Positions 19,347 through 27,884 of a stretch of 64,000 nucleotides of DNA are shown piece after piece. Each line of letters opens with the position of its first letter. Within the stretch, counting starts at the first letter, position 1. A program made the translations under genes and the position numbers. The notes below the pieces were generated by a model. The model was given only the letters and a program-made list of their open reading frames with translations. It made no database searches and had not been told where the DNA came from. Source of the DNA: an uncultured Pseudomonadota bacterium (GTDB lineage Bacteria; Bdellovibrionota_B; Oligoflexia; Oligoflexales; CAIYRB01); assembly GCA_903928445.1 (NCBI GenBank), contig CAIYRB010000194.1, positions 25,301 through 89,300 on the forward strand, given 5' to 3'.

Positions 19347-20630
19347 TCACCCGCCAGTAGTGTCCTCGTGGGCCAAGGTCCTACTGCCCGGTCGACGAGA
19401 CGGCTGGGTAGCGGCACCACCAAGTCGAGCTTCGATCAGATCCGCAGCACCTTTTGAGCCTCCAGCAGCAATCACCTGCGCTTGCATGCCCAGCACGTTA
19501 GCCTTGATCACGGCGCTTGCAGCAACATCCTCAACTGCTTGAGCAATGAGCTCGCTGGTAAAACCAGTGCGCGGCAGATAGACGCCTAGCGCCATCGCAT
19601 CGACGCGACGGGCGGTAATCTCCTGCTCCTCGATCTGTGGAATCACCACCATAGGCACACCGTTTGCCAACGCCTCCATCGTAGAGTTCATTCCACCATG
19701 CGAAATAAACAGATCGGCAACTTCGAGCAGGGCGACCTGCGGGATATGCGCCTTGATGGTAAAGTTTGCCGGGATCGGCCCCAGGCTGGCGGGATCCAGT
19801 TTGGCGCCGATACTCATGACAACGCGCCATTTCGATCCGGAAAAAGCCCGAATACAATCGAGATAGAACTGCGTCCACTCATGATAAAGCGAGCCAAGCG
19901 AAATGATGAGGACTGGGCCTTCTCCTGGAGGCAGCAAGTCGATCGCCTCAGTCGGATCAACGCTTCGTACACAAGGTCCGACAAAATGGAAGCGTTCATC
20001 AAAAGTCTCACCATGCGGCTGAAATCCGCGTGGCATGAACACCAAGTTGTCTGCGGCTACGGTCGTGAATGCATCGAGCAACGATAGCGGGCCGCAGCCA
20101 GCCTTAGCACAGACGCCATCGACCATAGCCTGAGCCCGAGCAATCTCTTCTGGACTAGGGAAGTCGTATTTACCAAATGATTCGCGAATCAGGTCATAGT
20201 GCTCATTCGATGCATAAGTCGTAAAAAACTTGATGGTTTTAATCCCAAGTTGCTTTGCAACGACCATGGTTGCCATCGAGACGAAGTCGTAGATGATCAA
20301 ATCCGGAGGCCTGGCTGTCAGCTCTTGCACCAACACCGGCAAGGTCGTAGCGAACTCAGCCAAGACACGAACGGTGGTCGACAGGGCCGCAGGAGGAGGT
20401 ACGCCACGCTGTGCAGCGTCGGCCTGAGCAACAGCATGCTCGGCTGATGAATGTCCGATCGTACTGGGATAAGCGACAAAATGAGCACCTGTTCGGATGA
20501 TCTGCTCGGCGAACTCTGGGGTGCTGTAAAAATCAACCGAGTGACCGCGACGGGTCAATTCTTTGACGAATCCAAGGGTTGGATTGACGTGACCATGCAT
20601 ACCGATATTGATTAGAGCGATTCTGGACAT
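19347..20630 (-). CDS. GT-B fold glycosyltransferase, GT1 MGT/UDP-glycosyltransferase family
   Basis: N-terminal MHGHVNPTLGFVKELTRRGH and C-terminal donor-binding motif HGGMNSTMEALANGVPMVVIPQIEEQ, both typical of macrolide/UDP-glucosyltransferase-type enzymes. Confidence 0.85.
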   Translation of the reverse strand: MSRIALINIGMHGHVNPTLGFVKELTRRGHSVDFYSTPEFAEQIIRTGAHFVAYPSTIGHSSAEHAVAQADAAQRGVPPPAALSTTVRVLAEFATTLPVLVQELTARPPDLIIYDFVSMATMVVAKQLGIKTIKFFTTYASNEHYDLIRESFGKYDFPSPEEIARAQAMVDGVCAKAGCGPLSLLDAFTTVAADNLVFMPRGFQPHGETFDERFHFVGPCVRSVDPTEAIDLLPPGEGPVLIISLGSLYHEWTQFYLDCIRAFSGSKWRVVMSIGAKLDPASLGPIPANFTIKAHIPQVALLEVADLFISHGGMNSTMEALANGVPMVVIPQIEEQEITARRVDAMALGVYLPRTGFTSELIAQAVEDVAASAVIKANVLGMQAQVIAAGGSKGAADLIEARLGGAATQPSRRPGSRTLAHEDTTGG

Positions 20631-20834
20631 GCTGCCTGCACCTTTACAAAAAGAGGTCGCGGCTCGCTTCGGGGGGAACGATACTAACGGAGCGCTTAAT
20701 GGAAGGCTAACCGATCACGGATTTTCTGTCATCGCGATTAAGACAGATACGCTGTAAGCGCACAGGCTTAGGCCTTTAGCGAGGCCGAAAAAAGCAAAAG
20801 CAACCCGCTCATCGGATTGCACATGGAGCCAGTA

Positions 20835-20919
20835 TGGTGCGATCGAGAGGACTTGAACCTCCACGCCTTGCGGCACCAGTCCCTCAAACTGGCGTGTCTA
20901 CCAATTTCACCACGATCGC
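20835..20919 (-). tRNA. leuU: tRNA-Leu (anticodon GAG), CCA encoded
   Basis: Manual fold: acceptor GCGATCG/CGATCGC, anticodon stem CCAGT/ACTGG with loop TTGAGGG, long variable arm, T-arm GGAGG-TTCAAGT-CCTCT, then A-CCA. 85 nt. Confidence 0.95.
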
Positions 20920-21003
20920 ATCTAACATCAAAAACAACTGGCCCGGCCCAGTACTAGTACAACCTGGCGGAAGAGGAGACCGCCCGTTGGTCACAGATCG
21001 AAC

Positions 21004-21336
21004 TTACTTGGCAGCTGGCACGGGGGTTGGAGCCGGTGCCGCGGGTGCCGGCGCTTGCTCGCCTGCCTGCTGCTTAAGCCTCTGTTTCAGTCCTATATCA
21101 CCGCCTTTGCCCTGAAGCACGGTGAGAGTGATTGAAGTCAACATAAAGATCCCCGCCGCACCGTAGGTCAGCTTGCCTAAGATCGACGTTGCTCCGGTCG
21201 CACCGAAGACTCCGGAACTATTACCACCGCCAAAGGCAGCGCCCACTCCACCCTCGTTGCCACCTTGAACCAACACCACCAGGATCATGAACAAAGCAAC
21301 GATGACATGGATGATTTCGATTAAAACTTCTGCCAT
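21004..21336 (-). CDS. secG: Preprotein translocase subunit SecG
   Basis: MAEVLIEIIHVIVALFMILVVLVQGGNEGG...GGGNSSGVFG is the typical SecG pattern, here with a Pro/Ala-rich C-terminal tail. Start trimmed to MAEVL. Confidence 0.9.
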   Translation of the reverse strand: MAEVLIEIIHVIVALFMILVVLVQGGNEGGVGAAFGGGNSSGVFGATGATSILGKLTYGAAGIFMLTSITLTVLQGKGGDIGLKQRLKQQAGEQAPAPAAPAPTPVPAAK

Positions 21337-21430
21337 CAACCTACCTGCTTTCCCTCGTAATGCATGAGCACTTGCTGCGAATATACCACGGCCGCTCAAA
21401 AGAGGATGGACCTTTTCCTGATGGAGTAAA

Positions 21431-21506
21431 TGGTGGCGCCTCCCAGAATCGAACTGGGGACACGAGGATTTTCAATCCTCTGCTCTACCGACTGAGCTAA
21501 AGCGCC
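21431..21506 (-). tRNA. tRNA-Phe (anticodon GAA), CCA encoded
   Basis: Manual fold: GGCGCTT TA GCTC AGTCGGTA GAGC A GAGGA TTGAAAA TCCTC GTGTC CCCAG TTCGATT CTGGG AGGCGCC A CCA. 76 nt. Confidence 0.95.
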
Positions 21507-21557
21507 ATTGGCCCCGAAAAGGAGGTTATTATGTATTATTCCCACCTGTGATAGTCA

Positions 21558-22433
21558 ATGAATAACTCGGACCCTGGAGAGCAAATAATGACCGATTCCC
21601 TAAGCCGCCCCTTGATCATCGCCGGCCCTTGCGCGGCCGAGTCCTTCGAGTTGATGGATACGGTCGCCGCCGCCCTCGTCAAACTGTCGCAAGAATTGCA
21701 ATTCGACTATGTGTTTAAAGCCAGCTTCGATAAGGCTAACCGCACCTCCCTGAGCAGCGTTCGCGGCGTCGGCCTAGAGGGCAGCTTGCAATGGTTCAGC
21801 GATATCAAGGCAAAGTACGGTGTGCGCCTATTGACCGATGTGCATGAAACCTATCAGGTGGCGCCAGTCGCCAAAGTCTGCGACGTCCTGCAAATTCCCG
21901 CCTTTCTCTGCCGGCAAACCGACCTTGTCGCAGCTGCGGCCGCCACCGGCCGCAGCGTCAATATTAAAAAAGGGCAGTTCATGGCGCCGGCCGCTATGGC
22001 CAGTATCGTTGACAAGGCTCGCGCGAGCGCCAAGCAAGCAAAAGTAGAAAGCGATGTATGGCTGACCGAACGCGGCGTCAGCTTCGGCTACGGCAATCTC
22101 GTCGTCGATATGCGGGCGCTACCGATCATGGCCAAAACAGGCGCACCCGTACTCCTCGATATCACTCACAGCACACAACTTCCTGCCGCAGGCGGCGACG
22201 GCGGCAGCGTGTCTGGAGCCCAGCGCCATGTCGCACCGGTGCTGGCCCGGGCAGCCACAGCCACCGGCTATCTGTCGGGATTCTTTCTTGAGGTCCATAC
22301 GGATCCGCCGCGGGCCATCAGCGATAAGGACGCCCAGCTGACGATTGCGCAGGCATCGGTGTTACTGCGGCAGATCGTCCCACTATGGCGACACTGCCAG
22401 AGCCTCGCGGCGATCGACCAAGAGTTCGCTTAA
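21558..22433 (+). CDS. kdsA: 3-deoxy-8-phosphooctulonate (KDO8P) synthase
   Basis: YVFKASFDKANRTSLSSVRGVGLEG and overall co-linearity with E. coli KdsA. The start could instead be the ATG at 21588. Confidence 0.92.
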   Translation: MNNSDPGEQIMTDSLSRPLIIAGPCAAESFELMDTVAAALVKLSQELQFDYVFKASFDKANRTSLSSVRGVGLEGSLQWFSDIKAKYGVRLLTDVHETYQVAPVAKVCDVLQIPAFLCRQTDLVAAAAATGRSVNIKKGQFMAPAAMASIVDKARASAKQAKVESDVWLTERGVSFGYGNLVVDMRALPIMAKTGAPVLLDITHSTQLPAAGGDGGSVSGAQRHVAPVLARAATATGYLSGFFLEVHTDPPRAISDKDAQLTIAQASVLLRQIVPLWRHCQSLAAIDQEFA

Positions 22434-22536
22434 GCATCTGTAATTACGTAGCTCTTTGTGGTTTCAGAGGAAAATCTACACCAGGCTTGAGCAAAGCGGC
22501 GACGGACACGCTGCGTTGTCTTAAAATTTCCTCATG

Positions 22537-22565
22537 GTGACTTTGTCATGATAGTTAAATATAAT
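22537..22565 (+). promoter_or_regulatory. Candidate sigma70-type promoter (-35 GTGACT, 17-nt spacer, -10 TATAAT)
   Basis: A perfect TATAAT at 22560-22565 and a 4/6 match to -35 at 22537-22542 with a 17-nt spacer, inside an AT-richer 315-bp gap. If real, it excludes the ORF-track start at 22548. Confidence 0.3.
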
Positions 22566-22748
22566 CAAACAAAAGCACCAATCCAATCCACACTTGAACA
22601 AGGTAACCGTTTGCCACTCCCGAGAAAAATCTTAATCCTTAGCCTGACTCGTCGTTCTTCCCCCAATTCAGCCACCCAACCTAAGGCGCTTCTATGGAAG
22701 CACCTAGCTCGTGTTTACTTGCATATCCTCGTTCGCTCGCTTCGCCTC

Positions 22749-23354
22749 ATGTCCTACCGTGTCACCACGGTCACGGAAGCACTCGCAGCTCCAGTAGGTC
22801 GATTTGCCTGTTTAACCTTCGATGTCGCCGACGAGCATTTGCTAACCGAAGTCTTGCCGGGGCTGGACCGTTTACGCGCGCCTGCGACCTTGTTCGTCCC
22901 CACGATGCCGACATCGGATCAAATGAATTGGGGGGCGATCCGAGCGTTGGCCATGAAAGGCTGGGACATCGGCAGTCTCGGCCACGAACTTACCAATTTG
23001 ACCGATCACAGTTATGTCGATCAACGTCGCTCTGTGATGCAGTCAAAAGCACTTTTGACCGATCACCTCGGGGCACCACCAAAGCTTTTTGCCTATCCAT
23101 TTGGGGCCTATGATGCAACGACCGTGAGCTGCGTGCGCGATGCTGGCTTCATCGGGGCAGTCACCTTGAAGCGTGGTCGCAACGATGAAGAGCTCGGTGA
23201 CCAAGCTTCCTTCCATCTGCGACGCCTGCCACTGCGCGGCTCGCTTCTTAGAGACCTTCCCTACATCATTAAAACGGCTTTTTCACCTTCTCTCCAGCCA
23301 CTGCGAAATACGCCTGGGCATGACAGCGTACCGTCGCCAGGAGTGGGACTGTGA
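22749..23354 (+). CDS. Polysaccharide deacetylase-like (NodB homology) protein with divergent motifs
   Basis: LTFDVADEH in place of TFDDG, plus GWDIGSLGHELTNLTDH and LFAYPFGAYD. I prefer the ATG at 22749; the ORF-track start at 22548 adds 67 low-complexity residues in AT-rich sequence. Confidence 0.5.
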   Translation: MSYRVTTVTEALAAPVGRFACLTFDVADEHLLTEVLPGLDRLRAPATLFVPTMPTSDQMNWGAIRALAMKGWDIGSLGHELTNLTDHSYVDQRRSVMQSKALLTDHLGAPPKLFAYPFGAYDATTVSCVRDAGFIGAVTLKRGRNDEELGDQASFHLRRLPLRGSLLRDLPYIIKTAFSPSLQPLRNTPGHDSVPSPGVGL

Positions 23355-23788
23355 CTTTTTCAATCTCTGGACTTAACCACCTCGGACTGATCGTCGAGGA
23401 TATGGCGGTAGCACGCGAGTGGTTTGTCGGCACCTTGGGCCTTGAGATCAGCGAGGATCGTGGCGAGCTGCTGTTTCTGCATGTCGGTCGGGATGTTTTA
23501 GCCATTAAAACCCCGCGCATGGCTGTGAGCAAACCGGAGCATGGCGGCGAGACGGTCACCCCAGGAGCCGCTAAGGCTGGCTGGCAAACACTTGACCACT
23601 ATGGCTTCTTCGCATCCTCGGCCGAGGAGGTCGACCAGTTCGCCGCACACGTCAGTGCGCACGGAGCGACCATACTGAAGGGCCCCTATGATCGCAGCGA
23701 TGGCCGCAGTGTGTATTTTCGAGATCCTCTAGGGAACGTTGGCGAGTACCTATTCTATCTGCCAAAAAACTCCGTCAAGGCGCCGTAA
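23351..23788 (+). CDS. VOC (glyoxalase/bleomycin resistance/dioxygenase) family protein
   Basis: LNHLGLIVEDMAVAREWFVGTLGLEI and C-terminal SVYFRDPLGNVGE. GTG start overlapping the previous stop. Confidence 0.75.
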   Translation: MTFSISGLNHLGLIVEDMAVAREWFVGTLGLEISEDRGELLFLHVGRDVLAIKTPRMAVSKPEHGGETVTPGAAKAGWQTLDHYGFFASSAEEVDQFAAHVSAHGATILKGPYDRSDGRSVYFRDPLGNVGEYLFYLPKNSVKAP

Positions 23789-24620
23789 GTACGGCCAGCA
23801 AATCGTCGAAGGCCGCCGCTTGGCCCCACCATAACTGTTGCGACAGCCTCGCCTGCTCGATCAGCATGGGACCACCATCCTGAGCCGGCAGTCCCATCGC
23901 CACAGCAGCGTGATACAGCGCTGAGGGCTTGCGGTAAACTAGGTCGCAGACAGTGCCCTTAAAACCCGCCAGGGCTGGGACCAGGAAGCCAAGATCATCG
24001 CCTAGCTGCGGCGCACTGCTGGCTTGGATCAATAAGCACGACTCGTCACTTGCGACAAGCGCCTGCTGCAGGGCATCACAGGTCCACGCAGCAAAGCGCA
24101 GCGTGGTTTGCGCCGCAGCGGTCAAAGCAGCATCTCGGTTCGCACTGCGCCGAACGATGCAAAGATCTGGCCTCGGCCCAATCTGCTTGGCCATAAATGC
24201 AAGGAGAGCCGTGGTGACGCCACCAGATCCAAGTATGATCACCCGGGTGAACTCAGCCAAGGGTCGGCCCAAACGAGCAAGCCCATGGGCGAATCCCGCA
24301 CCGTCGGTGGACGTCGCCTGCCAGCCACCACGGCCTCGAAACAGCGTGTTGACGGACTTTAGACCGCAGTTCGGAAATAGTCCTGCAACTAGTTCCTTGT
24401 GCGGCGTCGTGACGTTAAAGCCAACACCCCCCCAATGCCAAGCCAACCGTAAAAACTCCGCCACGTCCGCAGCGGGCATCGACCATGGCAGATAAATCTC
24501 GTTGCGCGCCAAAAGCTGCACCGCTCGATTGTGCAAAGCAGGCGACTGCGTGTACGAGATGTGCTCGCCAATCAGTCCCAGCAGCGTCGTTTTGCCATCG
24601 ATGGCTTGAGGCATCGCCAC
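23775..24620 (-). CDS. aroE: Shikimate 5-dehydrogenase
   Basis: LLGLIGEHISYTQSPALHN, GFNVTTPHK, NTL...W.ATSTDG, ILGSGGV. Confidence 0.85.
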   Translation of the reverse strand: MAMPQAIDGKTTLLGLIGEHISYTQSPALHNRAVQLLARNEIYLPWSMPAADVAEFLRLAWHWGGVGFNVTTPHKELVAGLFPNCGLKSVNTLFRGRGGWQATSTDGAGFAHGLARLGRPLAEFTRVIILGSGGVTTALLAFMAKQIGPRPDLCIVRRSANRDAALTAAAQTTLRFAAWTCDALQQALVASDESCLLIQASSAPQLGDDLGFLVPALAGFKGTVCDLVYRKPSALYHAAVAMGLPAQDGGPMLIEQARLSQQLWWGQAAAFDDLLAVLTAP

Positions 24621-24622
24621 GC

Positions 24623-25150
24623 CTACCCCAGTGCCAACCGCGAAGGTCCACTCAAGCGGTGAAGATAGCTCAACAAAGGCGCCTTCTGCTCGTCACATAG
24701 GCAGTCAAACGCGGCATCAACCAGAAAGCTATCCGCCTTTCGGGTGATCGGGCGGCTTCGTGCCACCACCACCGGATACCCCCCGCTGGCCTCGGGAAAG
24801 TCTGGCAAGACTCTGAGATCAATGATGATTTTTTCACCCTTAGGGAGGGTCTGGGGACTTATAAAGGTTAATTTATCGGTGCTTAGAGCGGTGACAAAGC
24901 CTGAGAAGTCGCGCGTTCCGGCAGCTTTTCGCGGCGCAACTTCAGGTTGCGCTTTTGCCGCCGATACGTGCATAGGCACAGTCAAGAATAGCTGCCGCGC
25001 CGAAGGTCCCTTAAAGATATCGGCAAGCGGCAGCTGACCAAGCCCTGCCCATAAACCAAGCAGCACCAGCACCGTCAATAGAAAGGCAAAGAACGAGGCC
25101 GAGCCCAAACCTTCCGAATGGCGCAAAAAAACATTTAGCGCTTCACCCAT
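24623..25150 (-). CDS. Membrane-anchored protein with a degenerate PilZ-like C-terminal domain (tentative)
   Basis: One TM segment (SASFFAFLLTVLVLLGLWAGL). The C-terminal beta-rich region fits the PilZ-like pattern (G.V..LS.DKLTFIS...G..I.IDL.V) but lacks canonical RxxxR and DxSxxG. Sits 2 nt upstream of aroE. Start trimmed to MGEAL to avoid overlapping ribF. Confidence 0.4.
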   Translation of the reverse strand: MGEALNVFLRHSEGLGSASFFAFLLTVLVLLGLWAGLGQLPLADIFKGPSARQLFLTVPMHVSAAKAQPEVAPRKAAGTRDFSGFVTALSTDKLTFISPQTLPKGEKIIIDLRVLPDFPEASGGYPVVVARSRPITRKADSFLVDAAFDCLCDEQKAPLLSYLHRLSGPSRLALG

Positions 25151-25231
25151 GTTTGATTCTTCCGTTATGAACACAGGACTCAGCCAAAGCGGAATTGCCG
25201 CCAACGGTCGCACCGTAGCAGGGATAGAGAC

Positions 25232-26227
25232 GTGATTCAAGTGACCGATTTTTCTGCCTACCAGCCTGCCAATGGGGCGCGCACGGCGGTCACCATTGGT
25301 AATTTCGATGGTTGCCACCTCGGCCATCAGGAGTTGATCGAGGCAACTAAAAACTATGGTCAAAGGTTTGCGGCGACGTCGACCGCCATCACTTTTTCTC
25401 CGCGCCCAGAGGCCTTCTTTCGGTCCATGGCTAGTGAGGCCCTGCTATTCACGGAGGACCAGAAGACGCGCGGCCTCGGCGAGCTTGGTATAGAGCAGCA
25501 GTTAGTCCAACGATTTGACCTGGCATTTAGCCGCGTGACGCATCACGAATTCTACCGTCGCTATCTACGCGAACAGCTGGCGGCAGCGGCCCTGGTCGTT
25601 GGCGACAATTTTCATTTTGGCCACAAACGAATGGGGGATGCGAGCTTCCTACGCCAGTGCACTGCGGCTGATGGCCTGGCTTTAACGATCGGGGACGCCG
25701 TGCAGTTTCGCGGCCAAAGTATCAGCAGCACACGCATCCGCACGGTTCTTCGCGAGGACGGCGACGTCGTTACCGCCGCCTTGATGCTAGGCCGCCCCTA
25801 TGTCCTAGAGGGCCTTGTCGAACAAGGCGATCAATTGGGGCGACGCATCGACTTCCCCACCGCCAACCTGGGCGAGGTCAAGCAGCTACTACCAAAGTAC
25901 GGCGTCTATGCTGGTTACGTCTGGTTGGAAGCAAGCTTAGGATCGGCTGAGCGACCTGCAATCACCACTCGACCTGCCAACGTCCAACCCGCGGTGTTCA
26001 ACATCGGGGTCCGGCCGACATTAGCAAGGCCCGACTCTGCAGCGCGCATCGAGGCGCATCTGTTGACTGGTGAGTTTGGACCAGATGCACTGTATGGCCT
26101 GCACGCAGGCTATTACCTTGCCCACCGCTTGCGCGGCGAGCAGGCGTTTGCCGACCTGACGGCTCTTCGCCGCCAAATCTCGATGGACTGCGAACAGGCC
26201 CGTCAGCTGCTCGGCGTGTCTACCTAA
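25232..26227 (+). CDS. ribF: Bifunctional riboflavin kinase / FMN adenylyltransferase
   Basis: TIGNFDGCHLGHQ, a typical C-terminal riboflavin kinase domain (PTANL, GVYAG, FNIGVRPT). Confidence 0.92.
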   Translation: MIQVTDFSAYQPANGARTAVTIGNFDGCHLGHQELIEATKNYGQRFAATSTAITFSPRPEAFFRSMASEALLFTEDQKTRGLGELGIEQQLVQRFDLAFSRVTHHEFYRRYLREQLAAAALVVGDNFHFGHKRMGDASFLRQCTAADGLALTIGDAVQFRGQSISSTRIRTVLREDGDVVTAALMLGRPYVLEGLVEQGDQLGRRIDFPTANLGEVKQLLPKYGVYAGYVWLEASLGSAERPAITTRPANVQPAVFNIGVRPTLARPDSAARIEAHLLTGEFGPDALYGLHAGYYLAHRLRGEQAFADLTALRRQISMDCEQARQLLGVST

Positions 26228-27750
26228 AAGACCCCAAGCGGCCAGGGGCAAGGCCCATTATCGCCGCGATCGGTGTCGCTTAGTGCCGTCTGGTTTTTGC
26301 TCAAAGGGTAGAAGGTCTGCTTGCCATCATGGACATCCAGCACCCAAACCTCCTGATCGCCAGCTTTAAGCCGGCACATATTGTCGAAGTAGGACGCGAT
26401 TGGCGTCGTGTACACGATACGGTAAGTCGTCTCCGTTGCCTGTCGCATGACCGCCATCTCAAGCATCTTATCATCGAGGCGACTGACGCTCTGATCGGCA
26501 CGCTTGCGGTCACATAACCCTCCCCCGGCAAAATCAAAGGCGTTGGTATAGCCGTCGCGATTGGTCGTTGCTGTCGCGCTTAGCCGTGGCAACACCAAAG
26601 TTGGCGCTTTGCCTGCATCGGCCGGGCCAATCGCAAAGGCCGAGCCAGCAGCGTCGTATGAATCGCCGGCGCAACGATAATAAAAGCGACCAAGCATAAA
26701 GGCGGTCTTGCCGTCATTAGTCAATGTTGCGGCAGCAATATCATAACCAGGTGTTGGACTATAACGCTGCGCCGGCGCACCTGCGGTCAGAGCGCGATAA
26801 TCTGGCTCTGAGCGCACCGGAGCCGAGGTAATGACTAGTGGCGGTGGCACGTAGTCTCCCCTTTGCGGCGTGTTGATATCATCCAATGTGCCGTCATCGC
26901 GGGTGTTAGTCCGCACCAGCAAGACGCGATCCGCGGCCGCACTGGGCATAATGCCGCTACGGATCGGAAAGCCACTAAGCCACGCCGTAGACGTCGCGGT
27001 CTGCGCCTCGGCTGCTGTGGTGAACGCCCGCTGGGTCAGGGCAACTCCGCTTTGCAGCGACTGGGGATTCACGGAACCGATCGCCAGGATGTAACCACTC
27101 GTGGCGGGAATCCAGAATACCTGCTGCACATAATCAGTGCTAGGCGACGCCGTAACCTGCGAACTCAACTCTGCGGCTGTGCCACCTCCGATGGCAACGA
27201 CGACCGCCACCGACGTTGTCTTGTCTGCGGCCTGTTTGACCCACGCCAGAAGCTTGCTGTCGGGGCTGAAACTAAAGCTTTGCTCAACCGCACTGTCACT
27301 AGTCAAAGACACTGGGTCCTTCAGGCCGGCCGCGTCCTGCAGATATAAGTCGTACTGTCCAGCCTTCTCCACCTGGACGGCGACCCACTGGCCATCAGGG
27401 GAGAGCTTGGCGAGACGTTCGTTGCCGAGGTCTTTGGCCGTAACCCGAGCTGCCGGCTGCGGCGCGGCATCCTTGGCCCATGATGCTTTGTAGGCTTTAC
27501 GTATATCAGAAACCCCGGTCGTGGAGTCGCGACCTGAAATGAAGACCACCAGGCTGCCATCGTCGCTGATCGAGGGCAAACCATCGAAATACTTCGAATC
27601 CGTGTTGGTTAACTCGCTGCCACTACGTGCAGGATCGATGCTGATAGCATTGGTTCGATTGTCGCGATGGCAGCCACCGACCAGGGTTGCTACTACGGCT
27701 GGAACCACATGAAAAAGCAAGCTTAATATTCTTTTCGGCGTTCTATTCAC
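26224..27750 (-). CDS. Lipoprotein with TolB/WD40-like beta-propeller repeats
   Basis: Lipobox LVGGC. Repeated SxDG..vaF/V motifs (SISDDGSLVVFISGRD, SPDGQWVAVQ, SPDSKLLAWV). Cys-containing C-terminal region. Confidence 0.65.
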   Translation of the reverse strand: MNRTPKRILSLLFHVVPAVVATLVGGCHRDNRTNAISIDPARSGSELTNTDSKYFDGLPSISDDGSLVVFISGRDSTTGVSDIRKAYKASWAKDAAPQPAARVTAKDLGNERLAKLSPDGQWVAVQVEKAGQYDLYLQDAAGLKDPVSLTSDSAVEQSFSFSPDSKLLAWVKQAADKTTSVAVVVAIGGGTAAELSSQVTASPSTDYVQQVFWIPATSGYILAIGSVNPQSLQSGVALTQRAFTTAAEAQTATSTAWLSGFPIRSGIMPSAAADRVLLVRTNTRDDGTLDDINTPQRGDYVPPPLVITSAPVRSEPDYRALTAGAPAQRYSPTPGYDIAAATLTNDGKTAFMLGRFYYRCAGDSYDAAGSAFAIGPADAGKAPTLVLPRLSATATTNRDGYTNAFDFAGGGLCDRKRADQSVSRLDDKMLEMAVMRQATETTYRIVYTTPIASYFDNMCRLKAGDQEVWVLDVHDGKQTFYPLSKNQTALSDTDRGDNGPCPWPLGVF

Positions 27751-27884
27751 GGTGTCTTTACCTATTACTTAGCTGCCGTTTTCCACTGGGTTTTTCTGCC
27801 CACCTGACGTAGTTTCGACCGTCGTCAGTTGGACGACGATAGCCCCGAGATCCTAATTGATTTCGCACACCTGGTAAATGGCGC

